From contig JAZQWH010000192.1 of NCBI GenBank assembly GCA_045632205.1, positions 361 to 64,360 on the forward strand: a stretch of DNA of 64,000 bases. The letters run 5' to 3'. Position numbers and translations under genes: made by a program. Shown one piece after another: positions 8,998 to 18,033 of the stretch (position 1 is the first letter of the stretch; each line of letters starts with the position of its first letter). Source of the DNA: Eubacteriales bacterium. GTDB taxonomy: Bacteria; Bacillota; Clostridia; Oscillospirales; CAG-272. The notes under the pieces were generated by a model. That model saw nothing but the letters and a program-made list of their open reading frames with translations, did no database searches and was not told the DNA's origin.

Positions 8998-9725
8998 TAC
9001 GAATTGCATTATGTGACGATGAGAAAAGCTATCTTGATAAAATAAAAGGTATATTAGAGCAATACGAAACCGAGAAGGGGTTGTTATTTGATATTCACTC
9101 CTATTCATCCCCTTCTGCCTTGCTTGACAAAATTGAGGCGGGCGAGGAATATTCCATCTATATACTGGACATTTATATGCCCGGCATTACGGGAATGAGC
9201 GTGGCAACCCAGCTTCGTGACATGGGTGTGGAGTCTCCCATTATCTTTTTAACGTCGTCACCCGATTTTGCGTTACAGGCATTTGGAGTGAACGCAACTC
9301 ACTATATACTGAAGCCCTATGATAAGGATTCGGTTTTCTTTGCCATAGATAAGGCATTGAACGAGATCGGTATGATGCGTCCCGAAGGAATCATGCTTCG
9401 CATCGACGGAGGATATCAAAACGTTCTGGCAAAGAATATTATATTTTCCGAGGCAGACGATAACTATCAACGCATCCACTTGGTGAATGAAAAATATTTG
9501 TATATAAGAATCACGATGGGAGAGCTTTACGATCAACTTTCGGGCTTGAACGGATTTTTTAAGTTGGGACGCTCTCACGTTATAAATTTGAAACACGTTG
9601 TCAAATTCACCTCAAACAAGCTGTTGATGACAGGCGACAAGGAGCTGACAATTCCAAAAGGCGCAATTGCGGATTTCAAAACTGCTTATTTTGATTATTT
9701 CAGCACCCAGACCAATCTTTCTTGA
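8994..9725 (+). CDS. LytTR-family response regulator
   Basis: Receiver domain (IALCDDE, LDIYMPGITG) and a C-terminal LytTR-like segment (FFKLGRSHVINLKHV). Confidence 0.85.
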   Translation: MIRIALCDDEKSYLDKIKGILEQYETEKGLLFDIHSYSSPSALLDKIEAGEEYSIYILDIYMPGITGMSVATQLRDMGVESPIIFLTSSPDFALQAFGVNATHYILKPYDKDSVFFAIDKALNEIGMMRPEGIMLRIDGGYQNVLAKNIIFSEADDNYQRIHLVNEKYLYIRITMGELYDQLSGLNGFFKLGRSHVINLKHVVKFTSNKLLMTGDKELTIPKGAIADFKTAYFDYFSTQTNLS

Positions 9726-9740
9726 AAGGAGTAAGCAAAA

Positions 9741-11006
9741 ATGGATTTTTGGAATGCGGTTATTGACGGTGTTGCCGTTATTACAGCACACGTCATGAGC
9801 GGATTGTTTTCTGCTCCGTTAAAATACAAAAAATGGACATCCGTTCTCATTTGGTGCGTATGGGGTGTAGTTCAAGCAGTGCTGTTTATTCCCGCTATGA
9901 CCTCGACCGCCGACAAGGTGTTTGGCTTTATATTCGGATTTGTCACTCCTTACGTTGGACAGTACGTTTTGTTTTTCATTACCACAAAAGGAAAATTCGC
10001 TAAACGTTTGTTTACGATCCTCACCTATTCGGTATTTTTCTGTATCTATATGGCTATTGCAACCTCGGTCATTGGAAGCTTTCCCAATTTACATTGGGGA
10101 GTTGCTTCACTGATACGGATCGTTCTGTTATTTGTAGTGGTGTTTATTTTTCTCAAAAAAGTATGCCCACTGTTTTGGAATAACCTATCCGAGTCAATTA
10201 AAAGCTGGTGGCTTTTGGTCTTTGCGGATGCGGTGTTTTTACTTGCTGTCGTTTCATCCTCAGTATTTCCCAACAGGATAGAAAACGTAAGGAACCCGTA
10301 TTTTATTGCTTTTCTCACCTTGGTTATTGCCATTGTTTCGGTATATCCTATCATATTTATCAGTATCAAAAATATGGCGGTGGCAGAACGTGAAAAACGA
10401 AGCTTATTGCACAACGAGCTTTTGCTCTCCCAAGTGAAGTCGCAGGAAAAAGAAGTGGAAACGGCAAGACGGACAAGACACGACCAGCGGCAGCATTACG
10501 GAATGCTTTTGTCCTATGCCCGAAACGGAGAGATGGAAAAGATTATTCAGTATCTTGAGGAGCGAACCGAGAGTATTGACAATCTTCGTCAGATGGTATT
10601 TTGCGAAAACGATGCGATCAACAACATTTTGTCGGTCTATGCTAACAAGGCATCGGCGGTATGTATTCCGATGGAGATAAAGGCAAGTGCAAAAAAAGAA
10701 TTGAAGGCATCTACGTCCGATCTTGTCACGATTATGGGCAACGTGTTGGAAAATGCTATTCACGGCGCTCAAAGCTCCAAGGCAAAAGCCCCCACACTTT
10801 CCGTTGAAATCTATCACAAAAGCGGAAGGCTTGTGGTAAACTGTAAAAATTCCTGCAAGAGAGGTCTTGATTTTGACGAGATACCCGACTCGCTTGCAAG
10901 CATTGGAGTGAGAAGCATTCGTTCCACCGTTGAAAAGTATAACGGCATTTGCCGATTCTCCGCACACGACGGAGTTTTTACAGCTCTGATCATTATGGAC
11001 AAGTAA
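9741..11006 (+). CDS. AgrC/HPK10-like GHKL sensor histidine kinase
   Basis: Six or more N-terminal TM segments, a coiled linker, H-box-like RTRHDQRQH, N-box NVLENAIHGA and a C-terminal GVRSIRSTVEKYNG. Confidence 0.8.
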   Translation: MDFWNAVIDGVAVITAHVMSGLFSAPLKYKKWTSVLIWCVWGVVQAVLFIPAMTSTADKVFGFIFGFVTPYVGQYVLFFITTKGKFAKRLFTILTYSVFFCIYMAIATSVIGSFPNLHWGVASLIRIVLLFVVVFIFLKKVCPLFWNNLSESIKSWWLLVFADAVFLLAVVSSSVFPNRIENVRNPYFIAFLTLVIAIVSVYPIIFISIKNMAVAEREKRSLLHNELLLSQVKSQEKEVETARRTRHDQRQHYGMLLSYARNGEMEKIIQYLEERTESIDNLRQMVFCENDAINNILSVYANKASAVCIPMEIKASAKKELKASTSDLVTIMGNVLENAIHGAQSSKAKAPTLSVEIYHKSGRLVVNCKNSCKRGLDFDEIPDSLASIGVRSIRSTVEKYNGICRFSAHDGVFTALIIMDK

Positions 11007-11077
11007 ACCTATCCTATTATATATATTGTTTCCATTAAAGACTCTCTTTCGTAAAGAGGGTCTTTTGCTTTTTGTCT

Positions 11078-11107
11078 GTTCACCACAAAAAAATATCCGT
11101 TCACCAC
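11078..11107 (+). promoter_or_regulatory. LytTR-type operator: direct repeat GTTCACCAC-N12-GTTCACCAC
   Basis: Identical 15-mers gttcaccacaaaaaa start 21 bp apart (11078 and 11099). A tatact -10 lies at 11142-11147 with a poor -35, and the site is 77 nt upstream of the first operon gene. Confidence 0.6.
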
Positions 11108-11183
11108 AAAAAACGGTGCAGATGATTTTTTGTGATAGACTTATACTGTCCAAAAATATATTTGGAATTGGAGAATTGGAATC

Positions 11184-12443
11184 ATGAATTCAACTAATGA
11201 CAATAAAAATCAAACTACTGTTGATGAAGATATTGCGAGAATGCGAAATGATCTGAAAATGGGACGATTTACTCTCGATTTCGAGGGAATGGAAAGTATG
11301 ACCATTTTGCAAAGAACCGAGTTTGTTCGACACGGACTTTACGAAGAAAGAGGAAAACTGCCGGAAAACGCAAAACGACTTGTAAATGATATTACCTTAG
11401 AGTCTGACCGTATGGATTTTTTTCCTAACGTTCATTTGATTTGTGAAAAAATGATTGCAAGCTCTGATAAACGCTTTGAGCAGGCGAAAAGCGCGTTTAC
11501 CTCTGCCCTTAACAACAGTAACGTTCGTCCGGGTAAAAAGGCGGTAAGCATACGTCGAACAATAGATGCAAAATATGACTCTGCTGTGGCAAAGCAGCTT
11601 GCCGAGGAAAGAAAAAAGATCGATGCGCAAAAAAAGGCGATGGAGAAGTATATCAAGATGGCTCCACAGTCCTCTTATGCGGCTATGATGGTTGATATTC
11701 TCAAGCAAAATGAAGAGAGCTATCAGCTGACCTCACAGTATCTGTCTGCACAGGCGACCGTTGGCAAATACGAAGCCTATGAGAAGAGTGGCGTGCTTAC
11801 CGAAGAGGAGAAAAAGCTTTGCACCTTGGCAAAGGAGATGGAGCAGGCATCGCAGCTGAAGCTGACCAACCACAAACAGAACTCCTATCTTATGCAGGCG
11901 CGCGATGCGTTCTTAAGACTTGATAACAAAAAGCTCATGATGCAGGCTCACAAAGGGCTGTTGAATTGCGCGAAAGATTCTCTTGCTTTCATAGAGGTCC
12001 CCAAGGAAATGACCGAGCGTCTTCTTGAGCACGGGCTTATGGCAAAAGAGAAAACGTATTATGAGGCATTACAGGCAAAGCAAGACCTGAAAGGGTTTCA
12101 CCCATTCAAGAAAATGGCGCTTAACCGCGAGCTCCAAAAAACTGCGAAGGAATACAACGAGGGGCTTGCGCTTTTGCCTGACACTCTGGAAAATAAGTTA
12201 AAGCATCCCCCTCTGACAACGCTTGAGGAATGGAAAAAGAATATTATGCCCACCGAAAAAATTCAGGAAGACCTGGATTTTCCCGTAGAGGTCATTGAGG
12301 AAAAGAAGGGGGCGAAGCAAACGCAGCTTGATCTCGGAGACAGGATACACGCGCCCAAGGAAGCTGCAGTGCCCACCTTTGAGAAAGAGAAGGTAACGGA
12401 GATACAAAAGAATACCTCCGAGCTTGACAAGGAAATTTGGTAA
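11184..12443 (+). CDS. K/E-rich alpha-helical protein P1 (419 aa) with C-terminal QLDLGDRIH module
   Basis: RBS ggaga. No signal peptide or TM segment. The C-terminal module is shared with P2 and P3. Confidence 0.75.
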   Translation: MNSTNDNKNQTTVDEDIARMRNDLKMGRFTLDFEGMESMTILQRTEFVRHGLYEERGKLPENAKRLVNDITLESDRMDFFPNVHLICEKMIASSDKRFEQAKSAFTSALNNSNVRPGKKAVSIRRTIDAKYDSAVAKQLAEERKKIDAQKKAMEKYIKMAPQSSYAAMMVDILKQNEESYQLTSQYLSAQATVGKYEAYEKSGVLTEEEKKLCTLAKEMEQASQLKLTNHKQNSYLMQARDAFLRLDNKKLMMQAHKGLLNCAKDSLAFIEVPKEMTERLLEHGLMAKEKTYYEALQAKQDLKGFHPFKKMALNRELQKTAKEYNEGLALLPDTLENKLKHPPLTTLEEWKKNIMPTEKIQEDLDFPVEVIEEKKGAKQTQLDLGDRIHAPKEAAVPTFEKEKVTEIQKNTSELDKEIW

Positions 12444-12459
12444 AAGGGAGAAAGAGAAT

Positions 12460-14820
12460 ATGGCAAAAAAGGGATACGATCCGCACAACAAGGTGAACTT
12501 CGACGCCAAGGTAAACGATCAAGGCAAGACGTTAAGAGACGAAATAAACGAGGCGATGGCGATTGGCAAGGAGGACAATGTAAATTACCGCAATCAGGTT
12601 GCTGAATTGCTGCAGGGAGAGGTTGAACAGGAGATGTTCAACTACGTACAGAGCATTGATAAATCGGGATACGCTGAGGTTCTCAATAACCAAGCTCTTA
12701 CCCGAGATATTATTTCCCTATTCCGGCAAGATGACGTATTCAACCGGATTCAGTCCGCCGATCAGGTACAGCGTCTTCAGAATATATTTACCGATCACCT
12801 TACCGTGAAGGCAAGAAGAGCGGAAATTATGGCAAAGGAGCAGGCAGGTCAGCAGATCACGGCAGAGGAAAGATCCGTCCTTGATCAAAAAACCTCCTTC
12901 GAGACCTATATGGATCGCGCAACCAAGAGCTACTTTGTGCAAAAGATCCTAGACGTTGAATATTATATCTCCCAAGCCAGAGATGATGCGCTGTTCACCA
13001 ATTATCATAAAAACGCCGATCAGATCAAAAAGTCGCTCAACAGAAACCTTGCTTTATACAGAAGCGGCGGAAGAGGAGGATTTGGCGTAAGCTTTAATTT
13101 CCATAAAAAGGACGTATCTCCGATTTTTTATGATAGCAAAGCACTTGATCAGTATGCAAGCTCTTTGATCGAAATAAGAGAAAAGTTCAAAACGCAAAGC
13201 TCGGTGCTTGCGGTGTACCGTGAAAGCGCCAAGAACCTTGAAACAGCGGGCGATAACTGGAAGGGCGCCGCAAGACACTATAAAATTATGACCGATGCGG
13301 AAGCCGTTGCGCATTTCAAGCGTCCTAAGGAAAAGATCTCTCAGTATGAGTACGATAAGGAAAACCTCAAGCGCTTGATCAATAAGAAGGATGATCTTCA
13401 CAAGCGTTATAACGTGGCGCTTGACCGCTTCCACAAGTTAGAGCAATACATCTACGATCATCCCGAGGTCAAGGACTATCTTGATTCGCCCGAGTATCTT
13501 GAGGTAATGAAGCTGGAGTATCACGAGGGTACGTATGAGGGCAAGTCCTTTTCGGAGATGACTTCCCTCGATCAGCAGAATTACGTCCTCGATAAATACG
13601 GATGTGCAGAGCTGAGAACGATCCCCAGAGAGCACAGAGAGGCTTATTCCCTGGCAAGAGATAAAAAGGCGCAGGAAGAGCTCCGTGATCTTGAGGATAA
13701 ATTTGAGAACGCAGAGCATAGGATCAAGATGTATTGGGGAGACCGTCCCGTAACTCCCGAAATGGAGATCCAAAAGCTGGAGCTGGAGGAAAACCGTGCG
13801 ATCATCGACGCGCTCCGCAATTGCGTAACCAAAAATTCTCCCGAGAACGAAGCAAAATACGTTGAGGCGGTCAAAACCGCATACGATAACGCAAAGCAAA
13901 GATACCTCGACAATCCGGAGCTCAGAGATCGTATGGATCTGAGAGCAAAGCAGCTTGATAAGGGCGATTTCTCATTTGTTCCGATCAGCAATCAACAAAT
14001 GGCGTTGTCGTTCGATATGTCCCCTATCTGGTCGGATGATACCACCAGATTTACCAAGGAGCAGAGGGAGGCGGCAAGAGCTGCACGTGAGAACAGTTTT
14101 CTTACGCGTTCCTATCTGGAGCGAGTCAAACCGCTTGTGCAGCCTCAATTCCAGATCCAGATCGAAAACGAAAGACAGGCAGCACGCGAATACACGCTCA
14201 AGCAAATGGCCCGCGGCTTGGATAAGGAAGACCTTGAGGCGTACAAGACCGACATCAATAACAGAAGGATGGAGAAGCTTGAATATACGAGAGACGAATT
14301 CAAGCTCAAGCTGGACGCGCTCAGTGAACAGAAGGACGCACTGAAAAAGCAGCACGGCTTCTTTACCAGAGTGTTCAGCAGCAAGTATAGGGTGTCCGCA
14401 AAGGAAATAGACCAAAAGATCGACGGTCTCCGCAAGGCATACAAGTCCGAGCAGGACAAGGCAAGATACGATATTCTCAAGACCTATCAGGAAAAAGGTC
14501 TTGCTATGACGAGATCGGAGGCAAACGAGCTTAAATCCCTTACCAAGGAAGCTACAAAAACGGGCGACCTGCAAAAGTGGGACAAGGAAAGAGCCGAGGA
14601 AAAGCGCAAGATCGAGGAGTACAACAGAACTTTCGGTGAGACGGAGATGGAAAAGCCGCAGGGAACCGAGAAAAATGTTCCTACTACGACCCAACTTGAT
14701 CTGGGGGCGCGGATCCACAATCACAAAACCGTGGAGCAGCCCATAAAGGAAGAGACGGTAAAGGAAAATACGATCGCAAAAGAGCAAAAGACCTTAGAAG
14801 AAAAGGACATCGAAATATAA
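12460..14820 (+). CDS. K/E-rich alpha-helical protein P2 (786 aa) with C-terminal QLDLGARIH module
   Basis: RBS aagggag precedes ATG 12460. No signal peptide or TM segment. The last ~200 aa are homologous to P3. Confidence 0.75.
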   Translation: MAKKGYDPHNKVNFDAKVNDQGKTLRDEINEAMAIGKEDNVNYRNQVAELLQGEVEQEMFNYVQSIDKSGYAEVLNNQALTRDIISLFRQDDVFNRIQSADQVQRLQNIFTDHLTVKARRAEIMAKEQAGQQITAEERSVLDQKTSFETYMDRATKSYFVQKILDVEYYISQARDDALFTNYHKNADQIKKSLNRNLALYRSGGRGGFGVSFNFHKKDVSPIFYDSKALDQYASSLIEIREKFKTQSSVLAVYRESAKNLETAGDNWKGAARHYKIMTDAEAVAHFKRPKEKISQYEYDKENLKRLINKKDDLHKRYNVALDRFHKLEQYIYDHPEVKDYLDSPEYLEVMKLEYHEGTYEGKSFSEMTSLDQQNYVLDKYGCAELRTIPREHREAYSLARDKKAQEELRDLEDKFENAEHRIKMYWGDRPVTPEMEIQKLELEENRAIIDALRNCVTKNSPENEAKYVEAVKTAYDNAKQRYLDNPELRDRMDLRAKQLDKGDFSFVPISNQQMALSFDMSPIWSDDTTRFTKEQREAARAARENSFLTRSYLERVKPLVQPQFQIQIENERQAAREYTLKQMARGLDKEDLEAYKTDINNRRMEKLEYTRDEFKLKLDALSEQKDALKKQHGFFTRVFSSKYRVSAKEIDQKIDGLRKAYKSEQDKARYDILKTYQEKGLAMTRSEANELKSLTKEATKTGDLQKWDKERAEEKRKIEEYNRTFGETEMEKPQGTEKNVPTTTQLDLGARIHNHKTVEQPIKEETVKENTIAKEQKTLEEKDIEI

Positions 14821-14875
14821 TATAGGTACAGCCTACAAAAATAATACAAAATATAAACGAAAGTGAGAAAAAACC

Positions 14876-15562
14876 ATGGCAAAGATAACAATTAAGGAAA
14901 AGCAATTTAAAATTAAGAATGGCGAATTCAACCTGGATCTGGCAGCATTCAAATTAGAAGGTGAAGATCTGAAGCAGTATAAATTAAGCATATACAGCCG
15001 CCGCGAAGCCGATTACCAGAATAAACTTGACGCGATTTCTGCAAGAGAAAACGAGTTCAAGGAAGAAAAGGAAGCTCTGAAAAAGAAATACGGATTTTTC
15101 GGCAGACTCTTTAACAAAAGATGCAGAGCCGAAATGAAAAGAATCAACCAGAATCTCAAAGAACTCCCGCAGTCCTATAAGCAGGCTAAAATGGAAACGC
15201 AATATTACGTGCTCAAGGAATTTCAGGATAAGGATCTTACCATGACCGCTAAGGAAAAGAAGGCTCTGGCTTCTATCGAAAAGGACATACATCCCTACAT
15301 AAAGGGTGAGTGGGATAGAAGACGTGAGAAAGAAAAGGAAGTCAATGAACGTGCGTCTCAGTCATACAAAACATACGATCAGTTAAAAAAAGAAAAAGAA
15401 GCCGAAAGGCTTGAGCGTACCAATGCTAAGAAGCAGCTGGACCTCGGAGATAAGATTCACAAGCCCGTGGAAAAGACAGAAACGGTCCGCGAGACTTCCG
15501 TAAAGGAAAAAGAGATCGAAAAGGAACAGAAGGTTCAAGAAGGCCCCGATCTCGAAAAATAA
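14876..15562 (+). CDS. K/E-rich alpha-helical protein P3 (228 aa) with C-terminal QLDLGDKIH module
   Basis: Aligns with the P2 C-terminus (ALKKxxGFFxRxF ... QLDLGxxIH). Confidence 0.7.
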   Translation: MAKITIKEKQFKIKNGEFNLDLAAFKLEGEDLKQYKLSIYSRREADYQNKLDAISARENEFKEEKEALKKKYGFFGRLFNKRCRAEMKRINQNLKELPQSYKQAKMETQYYVLKEFQDKDLTMTAKEKKALASIEKDIHPYIKGEWDRRREKEKEVNERASQSYKTYDQLKKEKEAERLERTNAKKQLDLGDKIHKPVEKTETVRETSVKEKEIEKEQKVQEGPDLEK

Positions 15563-15582
15563 TACTCAAAGGATAACTTCCA

Positions 15583-18033
15583 ATGAAAAATAACAAAAAA
15601 TCAGAAGGAATAGGAGCAAAGCTGGCATCATTAGGGATCCGTGCGGGAATCGGACTTGCCATTTCCCTTGGATTGGCGCTTGTGGGCGTGATACTTGTCT
15701 GCGGCACGTTTGTATTTGAGCCGTGGATGATCGCATCACTGACAATATTTGTAATATCCTTGCTGTCGATCATATTATCCGACCTACTAGCTCTGTTATC
15801 TGCCGCATTGAATAAGGTTTTGATGACCGTATATTCATTTGCCATTGTGGGTGCTATCTTTTCTCTTTTAACTTACGCTATCATATCTTCGAAATTTAAT
15901 TTTGAGGATATGAATTGGCAAAGAATTTTCACAAGCTTTGCCGGTGACAAATTGTTTTATACCATCTTTGCTCTTTTCGCCATTACCCTTGTAGTAGGGT
16001 ATTACGGATTTGTAAACCGCGCTGAGATCGGGGACCTGATCGCAACGCTGACGGGTAACAAGGGTAAGCTCAATCAGATTGAGGCAAACCTTGAAAACTC
16101 CCGTTGGATGACCGACGCGGAAAGAGATAAGATATTCAACTCGTGCAGATACAGCGACCTTGAGGGTATGAAAAAGGACGGCGTACCGATCCGCGCGTTG
16201 TACGATGGCAAGAAGGATATGAAGATCACCTTCAATTCCCCCTGTCACGGACTGATCATCGGTAGTACGGGTTCGGGTAAAACGACCACCTTTATTAACC
16301 CGATGATCCAGCTTCTCGGCGCATCGGGCGCAGGCTCGTCTATGATCATGACCGACCCTAAGGGTGAGCTTTTCTCACTGCATTCAAAGTTCCTCAAGGA
16401 CAGAGGCTATGACGTAAAGGTGCTTGACCTTCGCGATGCTTACCACTCATACAGATGGAATCCCTTAGAGCCGCTTTGGGACGCTTATCAGGAATATCTC
16501 GGTGCGGAGCGCGCAGCTTTTCAGCACGAGAACGAAAACGTAGAGGAAAGCGGACTTACTCTCACAGCAAAGCCCGAGGAATACGGCGACGCTTGGTTTG
16601 AGTTTAAGGGGAAGGCGTACACCGATATGGAGCGCCTCGTAAAGGAAGTGAAGATCTTCCGCACACAGACCTTTGACGAGATGTACGAGGATATGAACGA
16701 CCTTGTAAGTGTTCTCGTTCCCGTTCAGAATCAGAACGATCCTATGTGGGAAAAGGGCGCAAGATCGATCACCATGGGCGTTCTTCTTGCAATGCTGGAA
16801 GATAGCGCCGATCCCAGGCTTGGAATGACAAAGGAAAAGTTCAATCTGTTCAACGCATCGAAAATATTACAGAATTCCAACGATGAATACCGTGAGCTTC
16901 GCGAGTATTTTCAAGGAAGAGATCCCTTGTCCAAGGCGGTGGCGGTTTCCAAGCAGGTGCTTGGCGCCCCCGACAAGACTCGTTCGTCCTATATGAGCGT
17001 TCTTCTTGAAAAGCTCTCGATATTCAACGATACGGGAATATGCGCGCTGACCAGCTCATCGGATTTCAAAACGTCCGATCTTGCAGAGCGTCCTACGGCG
17101 CTTTTCGTCAAGATACCCGACGAGAAGGATACGAGACACGGTCTGGCATCTATATTCCTCACCAACGTTTACAAATCGCTTATCAAGGTGGCATCGTCCT
17201 ATGAGGATCTATCGCTACCGAGAAACGTGTACTACATCCTCGACGAGTTCGGTAATATGCCGAAGATCGAAAAGTTTGATAAGATGATCACCGTCGGACG
17301 AAGCCGAAAGATCTGGTTCAACATGGTGGTGCAGTCCTACGTACAGCTCAACAACGTTTACGGAGATACCGTTGCCGACATCGTCAAGGGTAACTGCGGT
17401 ATCAAGATGTTTATCGGCTCCAACGACATGGGAACCTGTAAGGAATACAGTGAGCTTTGCGGAAACGTAACGGTGCTCACGAAATCCACGTCGGGCAACA
17501 AGAAGGGCGGAGACGTCAATGTCAGCGAAAGCATGCAGACCCGTCCGCTGATCTACCCGTCCGAGCTTCAAAAGCTTAATAACAAATTCTCTTCGGGCAA
17601 CTCCCTGGTGGTAACCTTCGGAAACTATCCGCTCAAAACACAGTTTACACCGAGCTATAAATCTCCTCTTTATCAAATGGGCAAGATGGATACCGACGAT
17701 ATTGAGGGCAGACTGTTTGAGGAAGAGGAAGTATTCTATAACATTGCACGTCGGAACAGATTTGTTTTGCGCCCCGATGAGATACTTCCTGAGGAGCTTG
17801 AAGAATTAGAAGAAGAAACGGTTGAACCTGAGGAAGAGACCGAAATCACCGAAGAGGAAAAAGCGGTTAAACTTGAGGAAGAGACCGAAATCACCGAAGA
17901 GGAAGAAACGGTTAAACTTGAGGAAGAAACCGATATCGCCGAAGAAAAGACGGTAGTGCTCGAAGATGAGACAGTATCTTTGGAGGAAGAAGAAAATTCT
18001 AATGAATCGGGAGGACAGAATGAAACAACATAA
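15583..18033 (+). CDS. VirD4/TraG-type type IV coupling protein (T4CP) with acidic repeat tail
   Basis: About 4 N-terminal TM segments, Walker A GSTGSGKTT, Walker B YYILDEFGNMP, and T4CP-typical GRSRKIWF..VQSY. The C-terminal ~90 aa are E/T-rich repeats. Confidence 0.85.
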   Translation: MKNNKKSEGIGAKLASLGIRAGIGLAISLGLALVGVILVCGTFVFEPWMIASLTIFVISLLSIILSDLLALLSAALNKVLMTVYSFAIVGAIFSLLTYAIISSKFNFEDMNWQRIFTSFAGDKLFYTIFALFAITLVVGYYGFVNRAEIGDLIATLTGNKGKLNQIEANLENSRWMTDAERDKIFNSCRYSDLEGMKKDGVPIRALYDGKKDMKITFNSPCHGLIIGSTGSGKTTTFINPMIQLLGASGAGSSMIMTDPKGELFSLHSKFLKDRGYDVKVLDLRDAYHSYRWNPLEPLWDAYQEYLGAERAAFQHENENVEESGLTLTAKPEEYGDAWFEFKGKAYTDMERLVKEVKIFRTQTFDEMYEDMNDLVSVLVPVQNQNDPMWEKGARSITMGVLLAMLEDSADPRLGMTKEKFNLFNASKILQNSNDEYRELREYFQGRDPLSKAVAVSKQVLGAPDKTRSSYMSVLLEKLSIFNDTGICALTSSSDFKTSDLAERPTALFVKIPDEKDTRHGLASIFLTNVYKSLIKVASSYEDLSLPRNVYYILDEFGNMPKIEKFDKMITVGRSRKIWFNMVVQSYVQLNNVYGDTVADIVKGNCGIKMFIGSNDMGTCKEYSELCGNVTVLTKSTSGNKKGGDVNVSESMQTRPLIYPSELQKLNNKFSSGNSLVVTFGNYPLKTQFTPSYKSPLYQMGKMDTDDIEGRLFEEEEVFYNIARRNRFVLRPDEILPEELEELEEETVEPEEETEITEEEKAVKLEEETEITEEEETVKLEEETDIAEEKTVVLEDETVSLEEEENSNESGGQNETT
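17830..17964 (+). repeat. 45-bp tandem repeat (about 3 units) encoding the acidic T4CP tail
   Basis: Units 17830-17874 and 17875-17919 are near-identical (gaggaagagaccgaaatcaccgaagagga..). Unit 17920-17964 has diverged. Confidence 0.85.

Noticed and set aside
11184-15562. P1-P3 as cryptic relaxase, primase or other DNA-processing proteins.
   Set aside because: I found no HUH-type histidine triad, catalytic Tyr motifs, Rep_trans-like, Toprim or helicase Walker motifs by eye. This is a negative result from reading only, so it is kept as a refutation test in the main finding.
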